From an uncultured Clostridia bacterium (lineage in GTDB: Bacteria; Acidobacteriota; Aminicenantia; UBA2199): 64,000 nucleotides of DNA. A program made the position numbers and the translations under genes. The notes below the pieces were generated by a model. That model was given only the letters and a program-made list of their open reading frames with translations, had not been told where the DNA came from and did not search any database. Each line of letters begins with the position of its first letter. Positions within the stretch are counted from its first letter, which is position 1. Of this stretch, positions 39,546 through 48,757 are shown one piece after another. Location: NCBI GenBank assembly GCA_964457225.1, contig CAYWEM010000003.1, positions 114 to 64,113 of the forward strand. Direction: 5' to 3'.

Positions 39546-40616
39546 TTATTCGCTTTTTCCGTAAACCTTGCCGTACAGGTTTAGGGAGCAGTCAGGGCAG
39601 ATACCGTGACTGAAACGGACATCACTGTGTTCGCTGACAAACTGCTCAACCTGTTTCCAGTAGCCCTGGTCATCACGAATTTTTTTGCAGGAACTGCATA
39701 TGGGCAGAAGTCCGCACATTACGTTCATTCGTTCCAGGGATTCATGCAATTCCCTGGTTCTCTCGGCGACCCTGTTTTCCAGGCCTTCACGGCCCGCTTC
39801 CAGTTCATTGACAGCCCGTAAAAGATCAGACCTGGTTTCCGCCAGTTTTTCACTCATGGTGTTGAAAGCATTCGCCAGATCATCGAATTCATCGAAAGTA
39901 TGCCCCTTGATTCGGGCCTGGTAATTTCCCAAAGCCAGTTCGTGACATTGCTTCGATAAGATTTCAATTCGCCGGGTCAGTCCCCGGGACAGGTACAAGG
40001 CGAAGACCAGAGCCAACAGTATGGAGGCAAACAGCGAAGCCAGGCCGGTCAGCCGCAATTCAGCCAGCTTGCTTTTTACTTCATCGGCCCGCATGTCGAT
40101 TCCGACCAGGTAGCGCCCCTTGCCGTTTATCAACGGTGCGTATCCGGAAAGGAAAACGCCCCATTCATCTTCGGTCAAATCCTTGTCCACCGCGGCTTCA
40201 TGAAAGCCCAGCTGCATTTGCCTGCTGCTTTCCTCGTATATTCTCCCCGGCAAGGCCTGGGCATCGGTTTCATCGGAATCAATGACGAATCGTATTTCAT
40301 CACCCTGTTTACGCATGATGTACAAAAACGCTATGTCAGGATTACTGCGGCGTATGCGGCGCATTTTTTCCAGGGCATTGAGGTATTCAGCCTTGTTCAC
40401 ATCCTCGGGTTTGCGAATGGATTCCAGCTCATAGGCATCAATGCTCTGGCTTAAAAGAGCGGCACTACTCTGCAGACGCGATTTCAAGCTGCGCGTCAGG
40501 TTCTCCATGGCCCGCAGGTAGAAGAAGGTTCCGATACTGCCTGATACCAGAAAAACAGCCAGCATGTGGCTTATAAAAAGCTTGCCGGCAAAGCGAATAC
40601 GAATGCTTGTCAACAT
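39546..40616 (-). CDS. Membrane signalling protein with sensor domain, HAMP, coiled coil and a C-terminal Cys4 zinc-ribbon-like module
   Basis: Two TM segments flank a periplasmic domain. HAMP runs LSRGLTRRIEIL...FDEFDDLANAFNTMSEKL. C-terminus is MCGLLPICSSCKKIRDDQGYWKQVEQFVSEHSDVRFSHGICPDCS. No kinase, GGDEF or MCP output is present. Confidence 0.7.
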   Translation of the reverse strand: MLTSIRIRFAGKLFISHMLAVFLVSGSIGTFFYLRAMENLTRSLKSRLQSSAALLSQSIDAYELESIRKPEDVNKAEYLNALEKMRRIRRSNPDIAFLYIMRKQGDEIRFVIDSDETDAQALPGRIYEESSRQMQLGFHEAAVDKDLTEDEWGVFLSGYAPLINGKGRYLVGIDMRADEVKSKLAELRLTGLASLFASILLALVFALYLSRGLTRRIEILSKQCHELALGNYQARIKGHTFDEFDDLANAFNTMSEKLAETRSDLLRAVNELEAGREGLENRVAERTRELHESLERMNVMCGLLPICSSCKKIRDDQGYWKQVEQFVSEHSDVRFSHGICPDCSLNLYGKVYGKSE

Positions 40617-41264
40617 TTAATCATTCCTTTCATAAGCCAGGGCCAGCAGGTAACGCAACTGCAGCCAGGCCAGCAGGCAGAGTGAAAAAGCAAGGAGCAA
40701 AGGGAAAAGCACAGGAAGCGCAAAACTGAACAGAGGCCGCCGGGAGAAAATGAACGGGAAGAACTGCCAGAACTCCAACCATAAAATCAACTGGACTATC
40801 AGGCAGAGAGCACACCAGCGCCCCAGCTTGAAAGCCTGGTAACCCACCGAAAAAAAAGTGTAAGGCAGGGCCAGCAGGTTGAGCGCTCCCAGCAAAACCA
40901 CCTGGTAGTAATAATTCGGGGAAAACGCGGAAATCAGCATACCCAGGAGTGAGCCTGAAAAATACAGTACTCCCAGGTCAGCGACGTGAATCAGGGAAAA
41001 GATCTTCCCGGCCGGTGAGCCGATCACCGCCTTGCAGTCGAACCGGGGATGCCGAGGACAGAAACGGTCGAAAAAAGGAGCCTGCAAAGAACCCAGCACC
41101 AGCACGTAGGAAGCGAACAACCCTGAGGTTTTCAGCAGTATCAACAATATGCTGAGGCGTTCATTGCCGCCGTGCTGGTGAAAGCGGACCAGGATCATCA
41201 AGAGCAGTAAGGCAAAACCGTAGCCTGACCATGACAGTAGTTGTCGTTTTTTTTCAGCTGTCAT
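40617..41264 (-). CDS. Vitamin K epoxide reductase (VKOR) family membrane protein
   Basis: Loop cysteine pair FCPRHPRFDC, active-site RWCALC (CxxC) inside a TM helix, and a multi-helix topology. Confidence 0.65.
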   Translation of the reverse strand: MTAEKKRQLLSWSGYGFALLLLMILVRFHQHGGNERLSILLILLKTSGLFASYVLVLGSLQAPFFDRFCPRHPRFDCKAVIGSPAGKIFSLIHVADLGVLYFSGSLLGMLISAFSPNYYYQVVLLGALNLLALPYTFFSVGYQAFKLGRWCALCLIVQLILWLEFWQFFPFIFSRRPLFSFALPVLFPLLLAFSLCLLAWLQLRYLLALAYERND

Positions 41265-41305
41265 GAATACTCCCGGAGACTCTCTACGAAGGGGATCCGG
41301 CCCGC

Positions 41306-42769
41306 TCAAGGCCGGAGCTGATCCAGACGCCCACGGAGTATCATCCCCACCAAGCCGTTTTCCAGCAATTGCCTCGGCTTCAACGAGGCCAGGCCGGGCA
41401 GCTGATCACGGACCAGGCGCACCAGCCATTTCCAGGCAGCGAATTCTGGCGCATCCGCCAGCAGGGCCAGCAGGGAATCAGCCCTGAACAGCTGCTTCCC
41501 GGAAAGAGGCTTGTCCAGGATGGTTTCCAAGCCGACCGCGGCCGTTTCAGCGACTTCCAGCAGTAATTCCCGGCCCAGGCGGTAAATCCGGGAATCAGCC
41601 CGGGAAGCGGCCCCCAGGTCATCGCTGAGGCGGTAATACCAATCAACGGCTTCGGCTCCGCTGTTTCCGGCCGACATCAAGCCGGAGCGCAAGCTCCGCA
41701 ATGAGGTCAGGACATCCGGCCCGCTGAGCGCCAGGCCGCCTCCGAGGTCCTCGGCGTAGCATTTCCTGGTATTCGGAGTTTCCGTTCCCGGGCCGTCGGG
41801 CAGATTGCCGGCGATGAATTCCTTGTAAACAAAATAGGCCGGTTTGTACTCAAGGTTACTGCGGATTATGCCGAAAGGCGGAAAAGCCGGGTTGCTGTCA
41901 TCGATTATTTCGTAAAAAAATATTTTTGCAGGAAAACTCTTGTTTTTCATGGTCTGCAGCATTTCCAGGTAGCGATCCGCCTGCACCTGCATGGAAAACT
42001 GGGCCGTGTGCCAGCCTACCTCTGTTAGCCAGAGCTGTTTGCCGCCGTGCCCGGCTTCTTCTATTACCTTGACCACTGAAGGAATGAATCCTTCGCCCCT
42101 CTCCAAGAGCTCATAGAGGTAATAAACGCCTCTGCTCTCGTAGATGTGGTGTGAGATGATATCGATGAATTCCCGGCCCTGTTCCAGAATGAACTTGAGC
42201 CAGAAAAACCACTCCCGGCCTTCGCTGGTCAGGTGAGCCAGTTCCGGTCCGACTATGAAGGCCGAGGGATCGGCGCTCCTGATCGCTTCTCCGGCCGGCC
42301 GAAAAACCCTGTTTACGAAAGCATCCTTGGGCAGGGCGAAAAATTCGGGCATATTGGGTTCATTCCAGATGCCCCAGTAACGAATGTGGTTCTTGTAACG
42401 GTTGACCACCCGGGAAACAAAGCTCTGCCAGTGCGGAGTGTGGTCGGCCGGATAGTTTGCACCCTGGTTGCCGTTGGCCCAACCCGGGGTATAGGCAATG
42501 GTGGCGAATATGGACAGGGCGTTCTGGGCGGCGTAGTTAACCACCCGGTCAAGCTCTGTAAAATTGAACTGCCCGGGTACGGACTCAATATCGACCCAGT
42601 TGATGTCGATCCTGATCCACTTGATGCCGGCATCGCGCACCTGGTCGAGTACGGTGTTCCTGGCCAGGTGAACGTTGATTCCGTAAGGCGATGGAGATAT
42701 ATATGCCGCCGGCAGTACAGCGGCCAAAAAAATGAATAATGCAAATAAGAGGATGCTGGTTTTTTTCAT
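41306..42769 (-). CDS. Secreted glycoside hydrolase (GH5/GH39-like clan GH-A TIM barrel) with C-terminal extension
   Basis: Signal peptide MKKTSILLFALFIFLAAV. Acid/base region YWGIWNEPN. Later LTEVGW carries the nucleophile Glu. Confidence 0.7.
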   Translation of the reverse strand: MKKTSILLFALFIFLAAVLPAAYISPSPYGINVHLARNTVLDQVRDAGIKWIRIDINWVDIESVPGQFNFTELDRVVNYAAQNALSIFATIAYTPGWANGNQGANYPADHTPHWQSFVSRVVNRYKNHIRYWGIWNEPNMPEFFALPKDAFVNRVFRPAGEAIRSADPSAFIVGPELAHLTSEGREWFFWLKFILEQGREFIDIISHHIYESRGVYYLYELLERGEGFIPSVVKVIEEAGHGGKQLWLTEVGWHTAQFSMQVQADRYLEMLQTMKNKSFPAKIFFYEIIDDSNPAFPPFGIIRSNLEYKPAYFVYKEFIAGNLPDGPGTETPNTRKCYAEDLGGGLALSGPDVLTSLRSLRSGLMSAGNSGAEAVDWYYRLSDDLGAASRADSRIYRLGRELLLEVAETAAVGLETILDKPLSGKQLFRADSLLALLADAPEFAAWKWLVRLVRDQLPGLASLKPRQLLENGLVGMILRGRLDQLRP

Positions 42770-42877
42770 GGACTTATCATAAGCCATCGGGCTGAAAGTT
42801 GTCAATGGCCATTGCTCAAGCCTTGCCGACTTTTTTTGACAGCATTCCCTGCTTGTGTTATAGAACCCGGAAACGAA

Positions 42878-43789
42878 ATGACTGAAAGAATTACATTGGC
42901 TCTGCCAAATCTGCTTACCAAGAAATACCCGCAGGCGGAACTACTGCCGGGTGATGCCTCCAACCGGGCTTTTTTCCGGCTGAAATCAGCTGAAAGCACG
43001 GCCGTGGCCATGGTCTATCCCCGGCCGGCCGGCCCGGAAATCGCGGCCATAATTCGCCTGACCGGGATCTATTCCCGGGCCGGCCTGCGCCTGCCCCGCA
43101 TTCTTGATCAAATCGATGAACGCACCCTGTTGCTGGAAGACCTGGGGGATTTGTCACTGCAGCAAGCCATGAGAAAAGGCAGTCCGGCTGAAAAAGACGG
43201 CTATTTTCACCAGGCCGGGCTGATGCTTGCCAGAATAGCCGCCATCCCGCCCCGGGAAACGACTGCCCGGCTTGACCGGGACAGGATGAAAATGGAACTG
43301 TTCTTTTTCCGTGATCATTTTTTACGCCCGCGAACCGACGATCCGGAACTAGAAATACTGAGCGGTGTGCTTGAATACCTTTCAACCCGGGTACCGGCGG
43401 AAAACCGCTTCGCTCATCGTGATTTTCACTCGCGTAACCTGATGGTAAAGAACGGCAAACTCTACCTGATTGACTTTCAGGATTCCCTGGTCGCCCCGCC
43501 GGATTACGACCTGGTATCCCTGGCCTTCGACTCCTACCTGGACATCGGCCGACGCCGTTCAATGCTGACGGCCGCCCACCAGGAATGGCATGGGCCTGAA
43601 TTGCGTTACACCGCCCTGCAGAGGAACATCAAGGCCCTGGGAACCTTCGCCTTTCAGGCTCAAGAGCGGGGTAAAAAAAGATTCCTGCGCTACCTGCCGC
43701 GCACCCTGCGCCATGCCCGCGGACACCTGGCCGTACTCGATGATCCACTTTTACAGCCCCTGGCTTTGAAACTGGCAAACATCGGTTAA
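42878..43789 (+). CDS. APH-fold phosphotransferase (aminoglycoside phosphotransferase-like kinase, possibly anomeric sugar kinase)
   Basis: Brenner motif HRDFHSRNLMV and the following LIDFQD (DFG-like) motif. Confidence 0.75.
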   Translation: MTERITLALPNLLTKKYPQAELLPGDASNRAFFRLKSAESTAVAMVYPRPAGPEIAAIIRLTGIYSRAGLRLPRILDQIDERTLLLEDLGDLSLQQAMRKGSPAEKDGYFHQAGLMLARIAAIPPRETTARLDRDRMKMELFFFRDHFLRPRTDDPELEILSGVLEYLSTRVPAENRFAHRDFHSRNLMVKNGKLYLIDFQDSLVAPPDYDLVSLAFDSYLDIGRRRSMLTAAHQEWHGPELRYTALQRNIKALGTFAFQAQERGKKRFLRYLPRTLRHARGHLAVLDDPLLQPLALKLANIG

Positions 43790-44139
43790 GTTGAATAAAC
43801 CAGCCCCGTCTCCCGGTCAGTGCTCAGTCCGGAATACCACCACCATGTCCTGGTTGGCCACGGCTCCCGGCCGCAATGATCCGGCATCAGGTGGGTGAAA
43901 ACCGAAGTGGCCAGGGCGAAATCAAAACTTCCGTCGGCAAAGGGAAAGACTGCATTGACGCCGTCAACCCTGCCGGACCGGTTGTATTGCCTGTTGTAAA
44001 CATCGAGCTGGAAGAACTGGAAATTCGGAAACTTTGCGCTGATATGCCGGCGACACCAGTCGACGGCTTCGGCATGGACGTCAAAGCCGCAATACACTGA
44101 CCCGGAATTCAGGTAGCCGGTTAAAGGCAGGGTCATCAA
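43786..44139 (-). pseudogene. Truncated class I methyltransferase remnant (motif post-I/II region only)
   Basis: GSFDFALATSVFTHLMP resembles Methyltransf_11 motif II/III but there is no GxGxG motif I. The tail is non-homologous. Upstream sequence is occupied by the YjfB-like gene. Confidence 0.3.
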
Positions 44140-44174
44140 CTCAAGAAAAAAAGATTTCTTCCGATATAATCGAC

Positions 44175-44357
44175 ATGAACGTGATTGCCGCGGCTCAACA
44201 GGTCAGCCTGGAAAAAATGGCTGAAGCCAAGCAGACCCGGGAAGTCCTGATGCTGAAAAAAACACTGGACAACCAGGAAATGCTCCAGCTGCAACTGCTC
44301 GAAATGCTGCGGGAAATCCAGCCCCATATCGGCTCCAGCGTCAACATCCAGGCCTGA
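44175..44357 (+). CDS. YjfB-like small protein (putative motility protein family, PF14070-like)
   Basis: MNVIAAAQQVSLEKMAEAKQTREVLMLKKTLDNQEMLQLQLLEMLREIQPHIGSSVNIQA matches the family pattern ...VSV.MLKKAMD.QE.....LLEML....P.LG..IDI.A. Confidence 0.6.
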   Translation: MNVIAAAQQVSLEKMAEAKQTREVLMLKKTLDNQEMLQLQLLEMLREIQPHIGSSVNIQA

Positions 44358-44481
44358 AGCAAAAGGAAAAACCTTTTTTTCTCTCCGGTTGATAATTCCA
44401 GTCATTCAGGCACTCGGGGAAATAATCCTGGAAAACAAGCTCCATCGGCCCTGACTGCCTGTTTGAACTAAAAGACCGCTA

Positions 44482-44510
44482 TTGACAAAGTCGACTGAAT
44501 CTGCTACTCT
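44482..44510 (+). promoter_or_regulatory. Putative sigma70 promoter of tRNA-Met: TTGACA, 17 nt, TACTCT
   Basis: TTGACA at 44482-44487 and TACTCT at 44505-44510, 13 nt before the tRNA. Confidence 0.35.
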
Positions 44511-44523
44511 TGATCGTTGTATT

Positions 44524-44596
44524 GGGTCTATAGCTCAACGGCTAGAGCTACCGGCTCATAACCGGTTGGTTCCAGGTTCGAATCCTGGTAGGCCCA
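44524..44596 (+). tRNA. tRNA with CAT anticodon (elongator Met or lysidine-modified Ile2; not initiator)
   Basis: GGGTCTATAGCTCAACGGCTAGAGCTACCGGCTCATAACCGGTTGGTTCCAGGTTCGAATCCTGGTAGGCCCA. Anticodon stem ACCGG/CCGGT, loop CTCATAA. Position 1:72 is a paired G:C, so it is not fMet. Confidence 0.85.
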
Positions 44597-44616
44597 AAAC
44601 ACGGTAAGGAGTATCA

Positions 44617-45354
44617 TTGAAAGAAGGATTAAACTTACTGCTCAACCTCCAACAAAAAGACGATCAAATCAAGAACATAGAAACCATCATCAAGGAAATC
44701 CCGCTGCGCATCCAGCAGATGGAAAAAGAGCGCGACAAAAAAGCTGAAATGGTTGAACTGGCCAAGAAAAAGATGCAGGCCAACCTGGAAGACAGGAAAA
44801 AAATCGAACACGAGATTTCCGTCATCAAGGAAAAGATCAAGAAATACCGCGAACAGATGAAGAAAGTGACCACCAACAAGGAATACCAGGGATTCATCAG
44901 CGAGATCCAGTTTGAAGAAAACAGCATCAATGCCCAGGAAGAAAAGATCATCGAGAAAATGGTGGAAGCGGATGAAATAGTGGCGGAAATCACCCAGATC
45001 GAAAAGGAATATGCCGAGATAGCCGCATCCTACAACCTTAAAATCGGCGAGTTGAAAAGCCACCTGGATTTCAACCAGAAAAAAATCCAGGAAGAGCGGG
45101 AAAAACGCCAGGTTCTCCAGGACAAGGTCGAAAAAGACCTGGTCAGGGTCTACCACAACCTGTATCAAAGAAAGCTCGGCAAGGTGATTTCGATAGTTGA
45201 AACCGAGTTCTGCGGAGTATGCAATCTGAAAATCCGTCCCCAACTGCTCAGCGAGTTGATTACCACCAGCGACTTGCTGATCTGTGAAAACTGCGGGCGC
45301 ATCCTCTACAAAAAAATCGGTCCCGACCAAGAAGAACAAAGCCTGGAAAGGTGA
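44617..45354 (+). CDS. Coiled-coil protein with C-terminal C4 zinc ribbon (COG1579/DUF164-like)
   Basis: Long K/E-rich heptad region, then CGVCNLKIRPQ...CENCGRILY giving CxxC...CxxC. Confidence 0.75.
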   Translation: MKEGLNLLLNLQQKDDQIKNIETIIKEIPLRIQQMEKERDKKAEMVELAKKKMQANLEDRKKIEHEISVIKEKIKKYREQMKKVTTNKEYQGFISEIQFEENSINAQEEKIIEKMVEADEIVAEITQIEKEYAEIAASYNLKIGELKSHLDFNQKKIQEEREKRQVLQDKVEKDLVRVYHNLYQRKLGKVISIVETEFCGVCNLKIRPQLLSELITTSDLLICENCGRILYKKIGPDQEEQSLER

Positions 45355-45397
45355 AAAACAACCAGACCCCGTCCTGTTTTTCAGAGCCAGGGGAACG

Positions 45398-46072
45398 ATG
45401 ATTCAGTTTTTTCACGTTTCGATGAGCTACCTGAAAGACGTTCCGGCCTTGGACGATGTCAGTTTTTCCCTGGAAAAAGGTGAATTCACCTTTCTGACCG
45501 GAGCTTCCGGAGCCGGCAAGAGCACCCTGCTCAAGCTCATCTACCGGGAGGAATCACCCAACAAGGGCCAGATCCTGATCGATTCGGTCAACATCAACCT
45601 GATCAAACCGGAGAGACTGCCCTTTCTCCGCCGCCAGATCGGCATCGTATTCCAGGATTTCAAACTTCTGAAAGACAGAACCGTCCAGGAAAACGTCGCC
45701 GTTCCTTTGCGCATCAGGGGTGAAAGACCGGCGGTCATCGAAAACAAGGTCAATTATGCACTGGGCATGGTCGGCCTGAGCCACCGCAAGCGCTATCTGA
45801 CCTCCCATATTTCAGGCGGAGAGCAGCAGCGCGTGGCCATCGCCCGCGCCGTGGTCGGAAACCCCAAAATACTCATCGCCGATGAGCCGACCGGCAACCT
45901 TGACACCGAGCTTTCATTGGAAATAATCAAGATTTTCGAGAGGATAAATCAGAACGGCATAACCATGGTAGTGGCCACCCATGACCAGTTCCTGCTCAGC
46001 GAATTCGCCAAGCGTATCATCAAGCTGGACAAGGGCCGGATCATCCTGGACCGCCCGGCGGGAGCAGCATGA
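45398..46072 (+). CDS. ftsE: Cell division ATP-binding protein FtsE
   Basis: [11 protein letters not shown]. Walker [13 protein letters not shown] signature [14 protein letters not shown], Walker B ILIADEPT. Confidence 0.93.
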   Translation: MIQFFHVSMSYLKDVPALDDVSFSLEKGEFTFLTGASGAGKSTLLKLIYREESPNKGQILIDSVNINLIKPERLPFLRRQIGIVFQDFKLLKDRTVQENVAVPLRIRGERPAVIENKVNYALGMVGLSHRKRYLTSHISGGEQQRVAIARAVVGNPKILIADEPTGNLDTELSLEIIKIFERINQNGITMVVATHDQFLLSEFAKRIIKLDKGRIILDRPAGAA

Positions 46073-46962
46073 TTTACGCCTGCACCCAGGCCATCCGGGA
46101 CGCCCTGGAAAACCTGAAGCGCAATAAGGCGGCCAACATCCTCTGCCTGGGCATAATCTCCTTCACCCTGCTGGTACTTGGGATTTTCCGCTTCATCGGC
46201 GCCAACCTGAACGACTACATCAAACAGAATTCCAGCCAGGTTGAAGCCATATTCTACCTGGCAAAAAATGTCGGCCAGGACGAGATTGAATCCCTGCGGC
46301 AAAGAATCAGCAACAGCCTGCTGGTCAGCGAAGTCAGGCTGATCACACCTGAACAGGCCCGCACCAGGTTCAGCCGTGACTTTCCCGAACTGGAACACCT
46401 GGTGAACGAGTACAGCGAATCACCGTTCCCGCTTTCAATCGAGGTGCTCTTCCGGGAAGACCTGAGCCGGGATATCCAGATCACGGCTTTCATAGAAGAC
46501 ATAAGGCGCAATCGCTCGGTCGAATCAATGGAAATAAACATCGACTGGATCCGCAGGCTGGCCGCGGTAAAACGTTTTATTTCCCTGGTCGGGTTTTTTC
46601 TGACCGGCATACTTCTTTTCGTCACCGTGTTCATAATCTTCAACGTCATCAAGATGACTGTTCTCTTCCGCCGCGATGAAATCCAGATAATGCTGCTGGT
46701 CGGAGCCACCAGGATGTACATCCGGGTCCCCTTCCTGATCGAAGGATCACTGCTGGGCCTGGCCGGAGGACTTTTGGGGGCCGGACTGCTGCTGGCCCTG
46801 GTAAGGTTTCTGCCGGCTTCGGACAAGTTTGTTTTCAACATGGTCAGTGAAATGATTTCACTGGACCGTCCTGTCAACTTCATCATCCGCGAAATGCTGC
46901 TGGTCGGCACCCTGATCGGTCTGGTTTCTTCCTGGTTTTCAGTGGAAAAGCACGTCCGCTGA
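46069..46962 (+). CDS. ftsX: Cell division permease-like protein FtsX
   Basis: Overlaps ftsE by 4 nt. N-terminal TM, large periplasmic domain and three C-terminal TM helices, the FtsX topology. Confidence 0.9.
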   Translation: MIYACTQAIRDALENLKRNKAANILCLGIISFTLLVLGIFRFIGANLNDYIKQNSSQVEAIFYLAKNVGQDEIESLRQRISNSLLVSEVRLITPEQARTRFSRDFPELEHLVNEYSESPFPLSIEVLFREDLSRDIQITAFIEDIRRNRSVESMEINIDWIRRLAAVKRFISLVGFFLTGILLFVTVFIIFNVIKMTVLFRRDEIQIMLLVGATRMYIRVPFLIEGSLLGLAGGLLGAGLLLALVRFLPASDKFVFNMVSEMISLDRPVNFIIREMLLVGTLIGLVSSWFSVEKHVR

Positions 46963-46979
46963 ATGTCTTCAGCCGTTTT

Positions 46980-47474
46980 TCAGGGCAGTACGGCCACCAC
47001 CCACTGCAAACGGGAACGCCAGAATGAAGTCAACTGTTCCCGGCGCACCAGGGTACCGGTCTGGGGAGCATGAACAAATAAACCGTTACCCGCGTAAACA
47101 GCGGTGTGCCAGCGCCCGCGGTCGCGGAAAACCAGGATGTCGGCCGGCCTGGCCTGGGCCAGGTTGACCCTTCTTTTCAACTTGGCCTGCCCGGCGGCGG
47201 TACGCGGCAGGCTGACGCCGAAAGAATCGAAAATGTAGAAAATCAATCCGCTGCAATCAAAACCGTCGATTTCCCGGCCGCCGTAGCGATAGGGAATTCC
47301 CTGCAGGCTGTCGGCCAGCTGGACTATCTTTTCCCGCAGGCGCGGCTCCCTGACCGCCTGGTTCATCTGCAAAGAACAGCCGCTGAAAACAAAAATTATT
47401 ACCAGGAAAACCAAGGCAAGCGCCGGGGCAGGCGAAAGCCCGGGGGGGAAAACCGCTTTTACTGAGTTTTGCAT
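46980..47474 (-). CDS. NlpC/P60 (C40) family peptidoglycan endopeptidase lipoprotein
   Basis: Lipobox FSGCS, catalytic FDCSGLIFY and the later HTAVYAG region. Start set at MQNSVKA because the longer ORF runs through the tRNA-Leu gene. Confidence 0.85.
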   Translation of the reverse strand: MQNSVKAVFPPGLSPAPALALVFLVIIFVFSGCSLQMNQAVREPRLREKIVQLADSLQGIPYRYGGREIDGFDCSGLIFYIFDSFGVSLPRTAAGQAKLKRRVNLAQARPADILVFRDRGRWHTAVYAGNGLFVHAPQTGTLVRREQLTSFWRSRLQWVVAVLP

Positions 47475-47476
47475 CC

Positions 47477-47558
47477 TGCGAAAGGGGGGAATCGAACCCC
47501 CACGCCCAAGGGCATCAGATCCTAAGTCTGACGTGTCTGCCATTTCCACCACTTTCGC
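47477..47558 (-). tRNA. tRNA-Leu (anticodon TAG), long variable arm
   Basis: Reverse complement reads GCGAAAGTGGTGGAAATGGCAGACACGTCAGACTTAGGATCTGATGCCCTTGGGCGTGGGGGTTCGATTCCCCCCTTTCGCA. Anticodon loop CTTAGGA. Confidence 0.85.
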
Positions 47559-47638
47559 ATCAGATCATTTAATTACCACCATCTCCGGGAATTGTCAAAC
47601 CGGCCTTCCCGCCCGGCGGCACTGAATTCTGCAGGTAC

Positions 47639-47667
47639 TTGAAAATGTATTGCAAATCGGGTAAATT
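47639..47667 (+). promoter_or_regulatory. Putative sigma70 promoter of buk-ptb: TTGAAA, 17 nt, TAAATT
   Basis: TTGAAA at 47639-47644 and TAAATT at 47662-47667, 6 nt before the ATG. Confidence 0.4.
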
Positions 47668-47673
47668 TTCAAA

Positions 47674-48756
47674 ATGAAAAAAGCATACATACTGGCCGTC
47701 AATCCCGGATCCACCTCGACCAAAATCGCCGTTTTCGATCAGGAAGAACTGATCCTCAAGGAATCGATTGATCACAGCAGCGAGGAACTGGCCCCCTTCC
47801 CCCGGGTCATTGATCAGCTTCCCCTTCGTCTCCAGGTGATTAAGACCTTCCTGGAAAAGAACTCGATTCCACTGGATCAACTGGGCGCGGTGGTCGGCCG
47901 CGGCGGTCTCCTGACCCCGATGGCCTCCGGAACCTACCAGGTAAACCGGGAAATGATCGATTACCTGCGCGAGAACCGCATGGAACACGCATCCAATCTC
48001 GGCGCCCTGATCGCCGCGGATATCGCAACGGCCGCCGGAGTAAACGCTTATATCGTCGACCCGGTTGTGGTGGACGAAATGGAAGAACTGGCCCGCATAA
48101 CCGGCCGGCCGGAAATAAAACGTATCAGCATCTTTCACGCTCTGAATCACAAGGCCGCGGCCCGCGAAGCAGCCCGGAAAATCGGCAAACCCTATGAAAA
48201 ATGCCGCCTGATAGTCGCCCACCTGGGCGGCGGAATTTCCATCGGCGCCCACCGTGAAGGCCGGGTGATCGATGTCAACAACGCCCTTAACGGCGACGGC
48301 CCCTTCGCCCCGGAACGGGCTGGTTCTTTGCCGGCCTGGGGACTGCTGGAATGGGCCTTCAAGGAAAAACTGGGATTGCCGGAATTGAAAAAGAAGCTGG
48401 CCGGAAACGGCGGCATGGTCGCCCACCTGGGTACCAATGACCTGCGCCGGGTTGAGCTCCAGTTCAAGCAGGGCGAGCCGGGACCTTCCCTGATTTACGA
48501 AGCCATGGCCTACAACGTGGCCAAGGAGATCGGCAGCCTGGCCGCGGTCCTGGAAGGTCGAATCGACGCCCTGGTTTTCACCGGCGGTATCGCCTTCGAC
48601 AAGGAGTTCCTGACCCTGGTAAGCAAGCGGGTGGCCTTCCTGGCGCCTATCATAATCATCCCCGGAGAAGACGAAATGAAAGCTCTGGCCAATGGCGCCC
48701 GGCGGGTGCAGAACGGGGAAGAAACAGCAAAAACTTGGACCAACAGCGGAGGATAA
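47674..48756 (+). CDS. buk: Butyrate kinase (acetate/butyrate kinase family)
   Basis: MKKAYILAVNPGSTSTKIAVF...IVAHLGGGISIGAH...TGGIAF matches the Buk family throughout. Confidence 0.93.
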   Translation: MKKAYILAVNPGSTSTKIAVFDQEELILKESIDHSSEELAPFPRVIDQLPLRLQVIKTFLEKNSIPLDQLGAVVGRGGLLTPMASGTYQVNREMIDYLRENRMEHASNLGALIAADIATAAGVNAYIVDPVVVDEMEELARITGRPEIKRISIFHALNHKAAAREAARKIGKPYEKCRLIVAHLGGGISIGAHREGRVIDVNNALNGDGPFAPERAGSLPAWGLLEWAFKEKLGLPELKKKLAGNGGMVAHLGTNDLRRVELQFKQGEPGPSLIYEAMAYNVAKEIGSLAAVLEGRIDALVFTGGIAFDKEFLTLVSKRVAFLAPIIIIPGEDEMKALANGARRVQNGEETAKTWTNSGG

Positions 48757-48757
48757 A

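Noticed and set aside
44136-44405. 89-aa minus-strand ORF
   Set aside because: Antisense to the YjfB-like gene, which has a family-specific motif. No motif in this frame.
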